From the NCBI RefSeq assembly GCF_018350175.1, contig NC_058368.1:129520001-129584000 (forward strand): a stretch of 64,000 nt of DNA. The letters are read 5' to 3'. This document shows positions 38,317 to 50,923 of the stretch, piece by piece (the first letter of the stretch is position 1; each line of letters begins with the position of its first letter). A model generated the notes under the pieces. The model did not search any database, had not been told where the DNA came from, and saw only the letters and a program-made list of their open reading frames with translations. Position numbers and translations under genes: made by a program. Source of the DNA: Felis catus (lineage: Eukaryota).

Positions 38317-38530
38317 GGAGCCCCTAGGTACCTCAGTTGGTTAAGCGTCCAACTCTTGATTTTGGCTCAGGTCATGATCTTGCGGTTTGTGGAATCAAGC
38401 CTGTGTCTGGCTCCATGCTGATAACACAGAGCCTGCTTGGGATTCTCTCTCTTCCTTTCTCTCTGCCCTTTACCTTCTTGTGTGTGCGCTCTCGCTCTCT
38501 CTCTCTGTCTCTCTCAAAATAAAGTCTTTT
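38317..38530 (+). mobile_element. Can-SINE (first of a tandem pair)
   Basis: GGAGCCCCTAGGTACCTCAGTTGGTTAAGCGTCCAACTCTTGATTTTGGCTCAGG..CT linker..AAAATAAA. Confidence 0.92.
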
Positions 38531-38546
38531 TTAAAAAATATTTCTC

Positions 38547-38765
38547 AGGGCACCTGGGTGGCTCAGTCAGTTAAGTGTCCTACTTGGTTTCAGCTCAGGT
38601 CATGATCTTACAGTGTGTGGGTTTGAGCCCCACCACTAGGCTCTGTGCCGACAGCTACAGAGCCTGAGTGGGATTCTGTGTCACTCTCTTTCTCTGCCCC
38701 TCCCCTGCTCGCTCTCTATCTCTCTCTCTCAACATAAACAAACATCTAAAAAATTAAAAAAAAAA
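38547..38765 (+). mobile_element. Can-SINE (second of a tandem pair)
   Basis: AGGGCACCTGGGTGGCTCAG head; A tail. Confidence 0.93.
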
Positions 38766-38786
38766 TTGTTTTTCTATTTCCCCATC

Positions 38787-38820
<34 letters not shown>
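38787..38820. repeat. (TAT)n microsatellite
   Basis: About 11 units. Confidence 0.95.
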
Positions 38821-39110
38821 GCAGGGTCTATCCATACAGCTCCATTCTGATTATCACTCATCTTTGAATCTTTGAATGGCTGGGTGGTTCTATATTAAAA
38901 CATCACATGTGATTTTGCTGAAAAAGTATGGTATAAATCACACACACCTATGCTAAATCTTTATTTCCTGTGCTTTGGGGCACTTCTCCCCTTAACTTCG
39001 GGTGGACAGGAACATCCACTGGGCATTGCTTTCTTCTTCACCTTACCTTTAGCGTCCTCCCTCAACCTAGAGTTTAGACCATTCATGGAGGTCTTTAAAG
39101 AGAATACTGA

Positions 39111-39316
39111 GGAGTGTCTGGGTGGCTCAGTTGGTTAAGCATCTGACTTCGGCCTGGGTCATGATCTCATGGTTCATTGGTTCAAGCCCCATGTCAGTCT
39201 CTGTGCTGACAGCTCAGAGCCTGAAGCCTGCTTCGGATTCCATGTCTCCCTCTCTCTCTGCCCCTCTCCCACTTGTGCTCTGTCTCTCTCTGTCTCTCAA
39301 AAATGAATAAATGTTA

Positions 39317-39363
<47 letters not shown>

Positions 39364-39366
39364 AAA
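39111..39366 (+). mobile_element. Can-SINE with (TAAA)n tail
   Basis: TSD TAAAGAGAATACTGAG (39096-39111 / 39367-39382). Confidence 0.95.
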
Positions 39367-40056
39367 TAAAGAGAATACTGAGAACTGTATTTGTGGGTGA
39401 TTAACCTAAATGTCAAGGTACATAACACAGGAGAAGAATGAAGGCAGTGAAAATAATTCCTATGGCCCATGGTTTCAGTATTCCCTCCTCATTTCCAACA
39501 AATCTCAGCAATATATAAAACTATCTTTACACAGTTTTAGCTCCTCTTTTTAGGAGTAAAAAAAAAGTATGAAATCAGACTTACATTGAGAAATGTATAT
39601 GTGTAGACATCATGCTCTGTCCACATCAGCTAGTGTCTACTGTTGGAGGCGTGAGAGAAGTTACCTCTACACCAAGTCTATGAGGTAACCATGCTAGAGC
39701 CCTCTGATACTGGATTAGGGGTATCTTGTTGATTAACATTGGCTCCGACAGTTCAAAGGATTCCCCAGCTCTCTCTCTCTACCTATATCTCTGAAATTCC
39801 TTCACTTATAAGCTATTGACTAATTGGAATTTTTCCATGACCAGCTTGCATTGCCTACAGGTACAATCTAGAAAGGTTGGGGGACATGGAGTAAAAAGGA
39901 TCATATGCCATGCTTCTCATGGTCAGTTTTCTAGTTCAGTCAATGCATTGGAGTTATAAGGGGTGAAGGGAATATTATAACTTTCTCACTAGAAATAAAA
40001 CATTTCACTATTGCATGGAATTTCCCATCTAACATAAAAAAAATTCCCCGAAGGCT

Positions 40057-40196
40057 GGAGTGCCTGGGTGGCTCAGTAGGTTAAGCGTCTAACTTTAGCT
40101 CAGGTCATGATCTCCTGGTCTGTGAGTTATGGGAATTTGAGCGAGCCCTATGTCAGGCTCTGTCCTGACAGATCAGAGCTTGGAACTTGTTTTGGA

Positions 40197-40227
<31 letters not shown>

Positions 40228-40302
40228 CCTCTCTCTCTGCCCCTCCCCTGCTCAAGGTCTGTCTCTCTGTCTCTCTCAAAAATAAATAATAAAACATTTA
40301 AA
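40057..40302 (+). mobile_element. Can-SINE with internal (GT)n
   Basis: Degenerate TSD AAATTCCCCGAAGGCT / AATTTCCCTGAAAGCT; (GT)n at 40201-40227. Confidence 0.93.
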
Positions 40303-40643
40303 AAAAATTTCCCTGAAAGCTAAGTGGATAGGGATGAAGACCATTGAGTGCAACCCGTTAATTTGCCAATAACCAGAGAAAAAGTAAGAACCTAGACTGA
40401 GTGATCTCCAGACAAGTATTCTTCCACTACTTCAGGTATTATTCCTCCCCACAGAAAAATGTGAATAAATAAAGGGAACAAGGAACCATCCTTTTTTAAA
40501 TAATAGGAAAACAAATTAGGAGAGAAACCTCACAAAGTTCCTGGTAAGGGAAAGCTCACTCCAATGTAACTTGCTTCAATCAGGTGCTTTTGGAGGAGTT
40601 GTTTTGTTTTTCATTTTTGCTTACATTTAAAATTGAAATTGAT

Positions 40644-40844
40644 GGGGTGCCTGGGTGGCTCCATCGGTTGAGCGTCCAACTTCGGCTCAGGTCATGATCT
40701 CACGGTGTCTGAGTTCAAGCCCCATGCTGGGCTCAGTGCTGATAGCTCAGAGCCTGGAGCCTGCTTCAGATTCTGTCTCCCTCACTCTCTGCCCCTCCCC
40801 CGCTCACACCCTGTTTCTCTCAGAAATAAGTAAACATTAAAAAA
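40644..40844 (+). mobile_element. Can-SINE
   Basis: TSD AAAATTGAAATTGATG (40629-40644 / 40845-40860) at a canonical TT/AAAA site. Confidence 0.96.
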
Positions 40845-41362
40845 AAAATTGAAATTGATGACAAATTCGGTTAAAGATCAGTAAATATAAAGGGTAAATT
40901 TGTCTTGTCTAAATTCACTAATCCTCTCCCCCCAAATTCTCTTCATGAATTCTGAATTAAGAACTCTAGTTAATCTTTAAAACCACCAGTTTCAATTTGG
41001 AATGCCAGAAATGTATCTTCCTGCAGAAACAAGATGTTTGAGATTTCTCAGGTAGTGGGGCAAGAGTTCATCACTACAGGAAGAAGCAAGGAGAGCTTGG
41101 TTGGGCTTTCCAGGAGGCTAGAGGCGGGGTTTCTAGGGCAAGAACTAGAAATGGAAAAATTGCGGCAGCAACAGTGACCCAACAGTGAAGAAGGATCCTC
41201 AGCTTGCAGAAGGGTCTGATAAAATTCCTTCTGCTCCTACTTCTTCCTCCCCGTTTTTTCTCTTTTCTCTTTGTTAAAAAGTATACAATAGCAAAGTCCT
41301 TTTGGAATCATTCAAAAGAAATGGAATAAAACACAGACAATAATTTGATCAGAGTTTTGTGT

Positions 41363-42033
41363 TGCGGTAGAATTCAAAGGTAGAAAATATTACCATATGA
41401 TTAAAATGTCATCAATGAGGCAATGCTTATGAATTGAGATAGCACAAGACACAACAAGATCACATCGCCAAATGATAGTGACACACATCAGAGATCTTAC
41501 CAAGTTGCAAGTTTTACTAACAATTTCAAAGATACAGGTAATGAAAAGGTACAGGTACAGGTTCAGGTAGGAGGGGTCCAGAACCCCTGGTCGTACTCCC
41601 TGGGTCTTTGTCTTCCTGCGTCAGAGGTGCTCTGGCCCAAGATAACGGATGAAGTCACTGAGAAAGATATGAAGCAACCTCGCTTATCCTTGCTGCTTAG
41701 TACTGGAAACATCTGAAGCATCTCCATTTTATACTTAGATATTTACATAATTTGCATGACATTTTCCAGAGAGCTATGCCCCATAAATCCTTAGATTCCA
41801 GATTTGTTTACCTAAGAAGTTCTAGACAACAAAGTACATTCTGCTAAAAGCATTCCATGGATAAGGACTCTCCTGCCAACAAAAATCATTTTTGTTTGTC
41901 GAGAGAACTAGCATTAGTATGTTTACAAGATTAGACTACTTTACCTGCCATCTCTCTTCTTTAGGAACCCGCATGTCCTCCCCACCCAAGCAAGTAAACT
42001 GAGAGAACGGATCATAGACCTGCTGCTTCCACA
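41363..42033 (-). mobile_element. ERV1-type solo LTR (family not identified)
   Basis: Imperfect inverted termini TGCGGTAG..CTTCCACA; flanks GTGT / GTAT; on the minus strand TATAAAA 41727-41733 and AGTAAA 41513-41518 fall in U3-R-U5 order. Confidence 0.65.
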
Positions 42034-42374
42034 GTATATTATGCTATATGCAGGTACTTTTCTGCAATCATAAAAGTTTATATTGACAGAGATACTGCTT
42101 CTGATATATCGATCAATGACAAAAACGTAAGCTACTGTATTCACATCATCACCTCAACTATGCATAAATATCACAGAACACCTAAAAGATAAAAATACTA
42201 TCAAAAAACTGAAAAGATTTTAGTTTAATGATTATCTCTGGGTCTGCAGATTATGGGTGATTATTTCGTGGTTTGTGTTTTCAGTGTTTTCCACAAGAAC
42301 TTTGTATTACTTTCATCGACTATTTTTTTTTCTACTTTAAATTAAAGCACACAGGAGAATACAAGTAGGCCACT

Positions 42375-42560
42375 GGACACAGCAGAAAATTTGAAAGTAA
42401 ACTAATTTGGATTCAAACTCTGGCTTGACTGCGCACTGTTATGAGATCTTGGGCAAATTTGCCTGTTTCTTCAGCTGTAAAGTGAGAAACATAATACTCA
42501 CCCTCAGGGTTGTTGTAAATTATAAGTAGTTACATCAACCACAGCATTATGCACCTCCTT
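42375..42560 (+). mobile_element. MIR
   Basis: GGATTCAAACTCTGGCT..ATCTTGGGCAAATT..TTTCTTCAGCTGTAAAGTGAG..CAGGGTTGTTGT. Confidence 0.75.
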
Positions 42561-43464
42561 AGACACCTTCTGCCTGCTAGCCTCCCATGGGTGGCCAACC
42601 AATTACTTGCTCTGGGGGAGCCTCCTTGTTGGCCATCTCTACACAGTTGGGCCAACCAGCCACATGCCTGGAGTTGCTCGGTCTTCCTGCCATTTCCAGA
42701 TCTGAATGAAACAAAACACAAGGCCTAGGATCTTACATTCTGGCAGCTGCTGAAGTGTGCAGAAATTAACTCTCCATTGAACAAATGTTAACCAATAGAA
42801 AAAGAGATAGGAGGGATGTAGGAAAATTCATCACCCAACTTCTGCTCCAATTAACTGCTTTGAGGTATGATTTTTCTATAGTCTTTCCAGAAAACCCTCA
42901 ATACTTTTGCAAACACACCTGCCAAGTGGTCTGCCCTGTCTTTCTGTGCTCCTTAGAAAGCACTCACTAGTCAGCGTTAGTAACTTTGCATTGCTTCCCA
43001 TCTTGTCTTGCCTTACTTTACTCAGTCTTCACTTTTGCTGCTCTGGGTTTGTACCTCAAAATAAATTATCAGTACTTTATTCCTTCCTCAGACTCTGCTC
43101 TGCTCCCTGGGAAACCTGAATCTAAAACAGCAGATAATTTAAATAAGGCACCCAGCATATTACAAGCCTTCAAAATCCTTCATGTATGTATAAACATATG
43201 AGGAGTGTGGGTGTGGGTGTGTGCGCATGAGCACACACGCACTGGATAATACATGAGGTATTTTTGTTGTATTTTTTAGGTCTTTAAACTGCCACTGTGG
43301 AATACAACATTTTTTGTTTTCATTGCCACCTCCTGTCCCATTCCTTCCTGTAAACAAAGTAGAAACCCAACATACTCATTGTAGCCAATAGTGAGATTGC
43401 CTTTATACTATGAATTATTATAAAAAATAAAAATAAAAATTACATGCCCAGTGTGTAAGTGAGT

Positions 43465-43665
43465 CAGGATAATATCATGACTAAAAGAACAGACTTTAAC
43501 ATCAAACAGACTTAGATTGGAATCCTAATTCCATATCACATGGAGACTCTCTCCTCACTTGAAAACTAATGAAATAAATGTCATTCTTCAGTGTTGAATT
43601 AAATAATGACTGCAAAGTTTTTAGCACAAAATCTGTACATAAGTTAGGTTACTATTATTGTTTTA
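43465..43665 (+). mobile_element. MIR
   Basis: AAGAACAGACTTT..CAAACAGACTTAGATTGGAATCCTA..AAAGTTTTTAGCACAA. Confidence 0.6.
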
Positions 43666-45349
43666 TTGTTATTATTGTAAAATTGCTATTTATAATATAT
43701 ATTCCAAGTCCAGCCATAGTAATATTTAAAAATGTGTTAATGAAGAGTGAGAGTTAAGATGAAAGTATACTGCAGTCATGTGTTAATTATGTTCTAATGT
43801 TGTATATAATCCATGGAGGATCCAAAGTCCTGAGGCACATGTCAAAACTGTCATTAATCAGAGGTGTGGCTTGCGGATACACCAGCAATGCCTGAACATG
43901 GAGAGAAGCAGGGTGGCGAGGCAAGGCTGGACAAGGCAGACTGGGGCCTGAAGACATCTACCCAGAACTATGCCTGGTCCTCTGAAAACAGCTGTGGAGG
44001 CTGGTAGAGAGAGCAGAATCCATCATCCTTCTCTGAGATCTCAGGGACCCACCTAATTTGATTGGGGTCCCACTATTAATTTGGCGGTACAGTATCAGAT
44101 AGGGGACCTGAGAGAGCAACCTTCTCTTTAGGAGAAGGCACCATTCCAAAGCTCAGGAGTGCTGTATAATGCCTCCCTAGCCTACCAGTTAATATTTCTC
44201 AGGCAGCGCATCTCATCATAGATTTTAGTGGTCTGGGCTGCTAAGATATCTTCCTGACCTGTGTGGATTAACTTAGGGTAAGGCTGAACTTACAGATGAA
44301 AGGCATGTGATGATTCAGGTAAGAGAACTGAGGGCCACAGGGCATGATGGATAGACCTATGTCAGGAGAGAGAAGCCGGTTACTGAAAAGTCTGAAGAAG
44401 GCCAGAGGCCACAGCACACCCATGACCAACTCATACCAGGAAGTCTCGTATACCTGGTGTCATGAGCAAGATTAGGGTAGATCTAAGCCACACACTTGGA
44501 CCTTGGCCTCCGAGGACATTCGGTCCTCACCCATGCTAGTGCCAACTTTCTGCAGGGACATTTTAAACCCAAATCTTTACTGAATTCTTGTCCAAAATAA
44601 ATCTCCTAGGAAACTGTGGCTTAGACTACCTGCCTCCCTGCTATTTTAAACAAAGATTCTCTGGGATTCTTTATCTTTTCATGGAGAAGCAGTCTACTGT
44701 GGAACAAAACTTCAGTCTCCTTTCCTCTCCCAACAAATACTTCAAAACTCAGTATCATTTGCATCTTTTCACATCAGGATATAATCCATCTCATGGCTTA
44801 ACATGATGAGATGATGCTGGAGGACATTATTATTTTATGTTTCTATTCTGAGAAAGATGTCTCTCTTCAACTTAACTACTAGCTGACAAAAATAATGTTG
44901 AACATCTGCAAGAGATAAAACAACTTGAATCCAATTTCCTTTCACATAGATTAAGAGCCCCATTCTCCTGTCACTGATGTGGCATATAACTCAATTTTTT
45001 GCAATATTTAAATGAGAGGCTAGTTTTTCAGGTCTGTCATGTGGATGACATAAATTTTTTATTTTGTCCCTTCCACTGATGTAGTGGATATATGAGACCC
45101 TGTCAGAATGTGGCAGCTCAGAAAAGAAAAGGGGAATCACACACTGAAAGACAGAAAGGCCAATAAAAGGGAGAGGCTGTAAGAAAATCTCTTCTTTTAA
45201 GAATACAAATAAGTAAATCATACAATGAGATATGTTCCTTCAGGAAATGCAGTTTGAAATGGAGCCTGAGTCGCCTACATAGATGAAAGGGAAAATGGCC
45301 TATAATTTGTAATCAATTTGACAGTCAAGATACCTCAGTGGAGATGTAA

Positions 45350-45760
45350 TAATTGTGACTAAAGCGAAAGGTGGTTTGATTGGTTTAAGTAACCGGAACG
45401 TCCATGGGTCATTTTGGCTTCAGGTAATGGTTGATTAAGGGTTTATCCATAGTCTATTTCTCTTTTTTTTTAAGTGTATTTATTTTGAGAGACAGTGTGT
45501 GAACAGAGGAGAGGCAGAGAGAGGAAGAGGGAGAATCCCAAGTGGTCTCCGCACTTCAGAAGGCTCAAACTCATGAACCTGTGAGATCATAACCTGAGCC
45601 AAAATTAAGAGTAGGACGCTCAACTGGCTGAGCCACGCTGGCACCCCCAAGTCTATTTCTTGATGCTGTTGGTTCTATTTTCTTTTGTGTTGGTTTCATC
45701 CTCAGACAGACTTTCTCCAAATGGGAAAAAGTTGGCTACAACAGCTCCAGGCCTATGTAA
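45350..45760 (-). mobile_element. MaLR LTR fragment (MLT1K-like), interrupted by a SINE
   Basis: GGCTTCAGGTAATGGTTGAT..TGTTGGTTTCATCCTCAGACAGACT..GGCTACAACAGCTCCAGGC. Confidence 0.55.
45462..45648 (-). mobile_element. Can-SINE
   Basis: TSD AGTCTATTTCT (45451-45461 / 45650-45660). Confidence 0.9.
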
Positions 45761-45789
45761 CTCATTTATTAAGGGGAGTGGACTTGTTG

Positions 45790-46280
45790 GGCTATTTTCT
45801 GGGTTATTAGGGAAACATAAAACGCTACAGGTATTTAAAGCAGAAGGAAAGAAGTTCAGGGAATTGGTCACATGGTGATGAAAGCACTGAGAACCAAAAA
45901 GGAGGTGATCAAGAAATTAGGAATAGCAGGAAGCCACTACCACTCTTGGGCTTCTAGAATAAAGGGAGAAGGTCATGCTATTGGAACCCAATTCCAGTTG
46001 ACCTGGAAGAATCCAGAACCATGACAAATATTTCAAACAAAAGCTAGGGTCATGGAGGAGAAATAGCCACTAATGGAAATACTCCTGACAGTAGAAGGGA
46101 AAGAGGAAGTTACCCTGGCTTCTTCCACCTGCTCTCCCATCTCTTGTCATTGCCTCCCATTAGACAAACTTAGCTGGAAGCCAGGTGTCATGGAAGTCTG
46201 GGATATGTACCTGCCTATGATATGTAACAGAGGAAGAGTTGGAGAATAGGTCTACAAGTAGCAGACAAGTGTCTAGCACA
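45790..46280 (-). mobile_element. ERVL LTR (LTR41-like)
   Basis: AGGGAATTGGTCACATGGTGATG..AGCAGGAAGCCACTACCAC..TGCCTCCCATTAGACAAACTTAGCTGGAAGCCAG..CTAGCACA. Confidence 0.6.
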
Positions 46281-47037
46281 GGATTTAAACACAAAATGAT
46301 TTTATTTCTCTATCATAATTACCTTCAACCATAATCTGTTGATTCTCCCTTCCCTGACCCCTAAAGGGTGGATACCTTAACAACATCTTGGTTAGATTCC
46401 CCTAATTCACTGTTTAGTTTCAGTTACTGAATCTCTGTCCAGTGTTCAAGCAACATGTGTTAGCACACTTCTGGGTCTGGGGTGTTACCCTTAACCAGGA
46501 AGCTAACAAGACCATGGAGAATTTTCAGGCAGCACACAAAGGGCTAAGTAGGTAGGAGACATCTCAATACTTGTTAGATGCATCACAGAAGCTAAAGAGA
46601 ACTCCTGGCACACAGGCAACCAGGGTTGGTGTCAGCCACATGCAGGGCCAGTGGAGAACTTTAAACCAGTGAACAACCAGGGCCAGGGGAAGGGTAGCTC
46701 TTGGTCTAAGAGCCACTAGGACTGGGGCAAGGGACCTCTCAACTCTCAACTCATCTATAGTGAGGATGGTAATTCTCAGCTGGCATGAGTCAGTAATATA
46801 GGGCTAAGGAGATGGCATCTGTGATCTGGAGGTTAATTATATACAAGGCACTGAGAAAATACATGATTGAGAATAATAGGATCAGGACACTTACTGTCTT
46901 CAAATATGGGCAAGGGGAAGGCCAGAATAAACTATTAGATGTCAGAGGGCAACTGGAGGTATCTATATAAACTAACGTTTTTAGTGTATATGGATAGAAA
47001 AATGTAGAAATGACTATAGGGGTGGGGGTGGAGATAG

Positions 47038-47039
<2 letters not shown>

Positions 47040-47079
<40 letters not shown>
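47040..47079. repeat. (GT)20 microsatellite
   Basis: Perfect GT run. Confidence 0.97.
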
Positions 47080-47081
<2 letters not shown>

Positions 47082-48086
47082 GCTTTCTCTTGAGAGGGCC
47101 TAGAAGCAGCAACCCCATAGCAATGAGCACACTAGTTCCCATAACTTGGTTTTTAAATACCACTTTCCACTAAAAGGAACCAAGCATCCTTGGAGAAATG
47201 GCTGGTTGCAGGGCTGGAACAAAGCAGGTACAGATAAGCCTAGAACATCTTGGGCCAGGATGTAAAGAAGTGCTCAAAGAGTAATAGGGACATTTTAAAA
47301 GGATATAGGAAACTCCTACTAGCCAAATCTGGGCAAATTGAGCATTATAACATATATTATAGTATTGGATTATAACACATTGAACAAAATATGTATCCAT
47401 GGATCCATACAAATATAAATAAATAAGAAAATAGGATAAAGAAAAAAGTCTGCAGTATATTATCAACTAGTAAATGTAGAACAAATTAGAAAAATTTTTA
47501 TTTGGTGGTAATAATTGATTTAGGCAGGAATTGTGGATGAATACTTAAACTAGTGAGTGCAAAACTGACAAGGAACAAGATATTTACGCAGTCTCGCGGT
47601 AGCACCCCATGAAGCACTCATTAATTTTACAGCAGAAATACCTGGCAGATAATACCTTAGCCAAATGAAAAGAGTTCACATTACCAATAATAGAACAAAT
47701 CAGCGTCATGTAGACAAATTCAAATTGGGGACATTCTACAAAATAACTGGCTTGGACCTTCAAAATTATGAAGGCTTGAAGGGCCAGGAAACACTGAAGA
47801 ACTATCCCCAGCTTAAATAAACTAAAAAGAGGTGACAACCCAAGGCAACATGTGATTCTTATTTGGACTCTCATTGTATAAAGTACACTATTGTGAAAAT
47901 GGGCGAAATTGTAATGGGCTCTCTGAATTATACATTTGCATAAAGTCAGTATTGATTTCCTGACTTTGATGGGAACAATGTAGTTTTATTAGAGGATGTC
48001 TCTTGTTTAATACATCTACACTGCAGTATTTAGGGGTAATGGGTCATTTGTCTGGTACCCACTCTCAAGTGGATGAGGCAAAACAA

Positions 48087-48110
48087 GTGTGTGTGTGTGT
48101 GTGTGTGTGT
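48087..48110. repeat. (GT)12 microsatellite
   Basis: Perfect GT run. Confidence 0.95.
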
Positions 48111-49669
48111 ATAATAACAAATAACAATTGGGGAATCTGGATGAAAGGTACACAAAAGTTCGCTATACTGTTTTTATAAGTATTCATCCTTCCCTACATT
48201 AGGCTTTCTAAAATATGCGAAAATAGAATCACCTAGTCCCGAGGCCCTGGTGTTGCAGATATTTTAATTCTATACCCACTGCCCACTCTTTCCTCCCAGT
48301 GCCTACATGTCTTCGAAGGACTGGACTTAAATGGCTTCCTGTGGCCACCACAGTGTTATGTAGGAGCAGGCCCCAGCTTGGTAGGACCTAAATCTCAAAC
48401 ATTTTGAAGAGCATTCCTTAAGAAAAAGACATTTAAAATTAGAGATGAAAGTGAATATTTATTTAGAAAGGGCACAAGCCACTGAAGGTAAGGTCACTAA
48501 AGATCAAGCTGTGTTAATGTGGAAGTCAATCTGCCTCTGCTGGATTGGTGAGGTAGACCAGTCTGCTACCAGGAAGTTGTCCACCTGGGAGAGGCATGGA
48601 CTGAGCAGACTGGACTAGCTCTACACTGGACCCTTTTGTAGAAATAGTTCTTTCTCTTTCCCCATTGCTTGGACCTTTCTTACCAACAGAGTAAAAACTA
48701 CAAAGGTTTGGGTTTAGGCCTAAGGAAGAAGCCCCCAGAAGACTACTCACCCTGACTTGTGTGTTCTGCCTCCAGATTTAGCTAATAGATTAGGATGGCC
48801 TTGTTGCAGCTGAATGGAAACAAAGTGCAATGAGAAGCAAGGAGGTTAATATGTTGTTGAGTCTAGGTCTCCAGAGGACCATATCAGCTTTCAGTTGAAC
48901 ACTTTAGGAGTAATAAAAATCATGTGTTCACCTGGCCTTTTGGTCTATGCCTTTGAGACCTCATGGGGTGGGGATGGGACCAAAAGGAAGTTGGCTATTA
49001 CAGGATCTCTTTCCATCAGCCACATGACATCCCATCAATATTCATTCTTCACATTAGCCTGTGTTCCAGGATTGAGAAACTGGTCATCACAACCCCTTTG
49101 CCTCTACCCCTCCCTCTTGTATGGTAGTAAAAGGCAAACAGAGATCCTTGTTCTTTCTAAGAGAGTATGTTGTTTGCACTTACTTGTTCATGAAGAAAAA
49201 AAACAGAATTGAAAAACAGAAAAAAAAAAGTAACTAGATAGTGAGACTGGAAATACTGTTCCCTCCACTAAGCATTTCACCAAGATGAAACCTGCTTCAC
49301 TTTTATAACACAACTCATCAAATAACTGAGACAGCTCATAATATTATCCATCACGCTATGGTAGTGTCCTTGGATGCTACAAAAGAACACGTGTGGGTAG
49401 ATTGCCAATTTGTTATTTTTAGTTCTTGAAAAATTTGACTATGGGGGGAAATTTCAAGAAAATCTCCCAGTCCCCAGCATGTATATAGAGCACTTATAGC
49501 ACATCTGTCAGTAAGAAGCGCCAGTTACATCTGCAGGCATTCACAGGTGACCGGAGGATTATTGCCCAGCCTTCTCCCATCCATCCTTCTCACATGGGCT
49601 TATAGAGGAGCTTCTTATGAGTGTCAGCTCAGAGCATGGAGCCTTTTGGGTGGGAGAAGCACACTCCTC

Positions 49670-50045
49670 CCTCGAGCCTTTGCATCTGCTTCCTTCTGGT
49701 GGGAGCATTCATCCCAGATCCTCACATGGCTGGTTCCTTCTCATGCTCCACATCTCACTTTAGATTTCGCTCCTCAGAGGACTCTTTCCTGTCACCATAT
49801 GAGAAGTCACACACATCCCTAACACCCTCACCCTCTTGATTTAGTCCATATCCTTCACCACTATGCAATACACCTGGCTATTGTCTGTCTCCTCCAACTA
49901 GGTAGGGATGTTGCCCTGTTAATCACTATTTTTCCAGTGCCCCACACAAGACCAAGCATGTAGTGGGTGCAGAGTATATTGTTAATTCAACAGCGGTGGA
50001 AAAAAAAGTGAGAAAAACAGACTCATGAACTGAATTAATGAATAA
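49670..50045 (+). mobile_element. L2 3' end
   Basis: GCCTTTGCATCTGCT..CCCAGATCCTCACATGGCTG..CTCCTCAGAGG..TTGTCTGTCTCC..CCAGTGCC. Confidence 0.75.
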
Positions 50046-50709
50046 GTGTATATGTCATTTCTTTTGATACATTTCTTTCATGAACATGGCCAAAGTACTG
50101 AGTACCTCCAAAGGGAATTATGGACAGAGAATGAAGTCTCAAAATGAGAGATCAGAGTTTCAAAAAAAGCAACTTATTCTTTCTGTCTACAATTTGTTCC
50201 ACTAGCTTTTAATCTCTAAGAACACAAAAAAAGTTTGAGAGGACCAAAACACTTTGCTGTAGTGCCTAAGAAAGTGGCCCAGTGAAGACAAGAACTCTTG
50301 ATGGACAATCTGTGGTAGAAAGTTGAAAGGAACCCATGATCTAGAACTTCTGTCCAAACCTATTTGCTCAGATAACCAAACCAAGGCCTCCTGGCCAATA
50401 GCCATGAACGGTGATGAGAGTCTGATGGATGACTGAGTTCCATGTAATCCCCTAAAAGTCCTATGATAAAGAATACGGTGGGAGCACAGGGTGTGCTCAG
50501 AAGGTTACATTTCACATTTTTAAAAGCTGCTGCTGCCTCCAATGTTATAAACTACATTATGGCACCCAGATAACACAACAGACTCCATTTTGCAATGTCT
50601 GTTGCAAGGGTTCTTTGCATCGCTAGTGCCACCATTAGAAATCTCTAACTTGGGACTCAGGACGAATCATTAATGAGGTAACTGTGAGGTATTTAGGCAC
50701 ATACTAGAT

Positions 50710-50923
50710 ACAATTGTTTTTCTTTATTTGAGTATAGTTGACACACAATGTTACATTCGTTTCACATGTACAACACAGTGGTTCAACTTCTCTATACGGT
50801 ATCCTGTGCTCACCACAAGAGTAGACACTATCATCACACAGTGCTATCACAGTATCAATAACCATATTCCCTGTGCTGTGCCTTGGGTTCTCGTGACATA
50901 TCCATTCCATAACTGGAAGCCTG
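50710..50923 (-). mobile_element. Short carnivore L1 3' end (L1_Carn-like)
   Basis: AGTATAGTTGACACACAATGTTACATT..GTACAACACAGTG..TATTCCCTGTGCTGT..ATAACTGGAAG; degenerate TSD ACATACTAGAT / AGATGCTAGAT. Confidence 0.85.

Larger units (their letters stand above)
46850..48185 (+). mobile_element. L1MC3/L1MD-type 3'UTR
   Basis: AAAAGGAACCAAGCATCCTTGGAGAAATGGCTG..AAGAAGTGCTCAAAGA..GGGACATTCTACAAAATAACTGG..TGGGGAATCTGGATGAAAGGTA. Confidence 0.85.

Noticed and set aside
44203..44338. AG..GTAAGA-bounded 136-bp exon-like segment
   Set aside because: Stops in all three frames and a weak polypyrimidine tract
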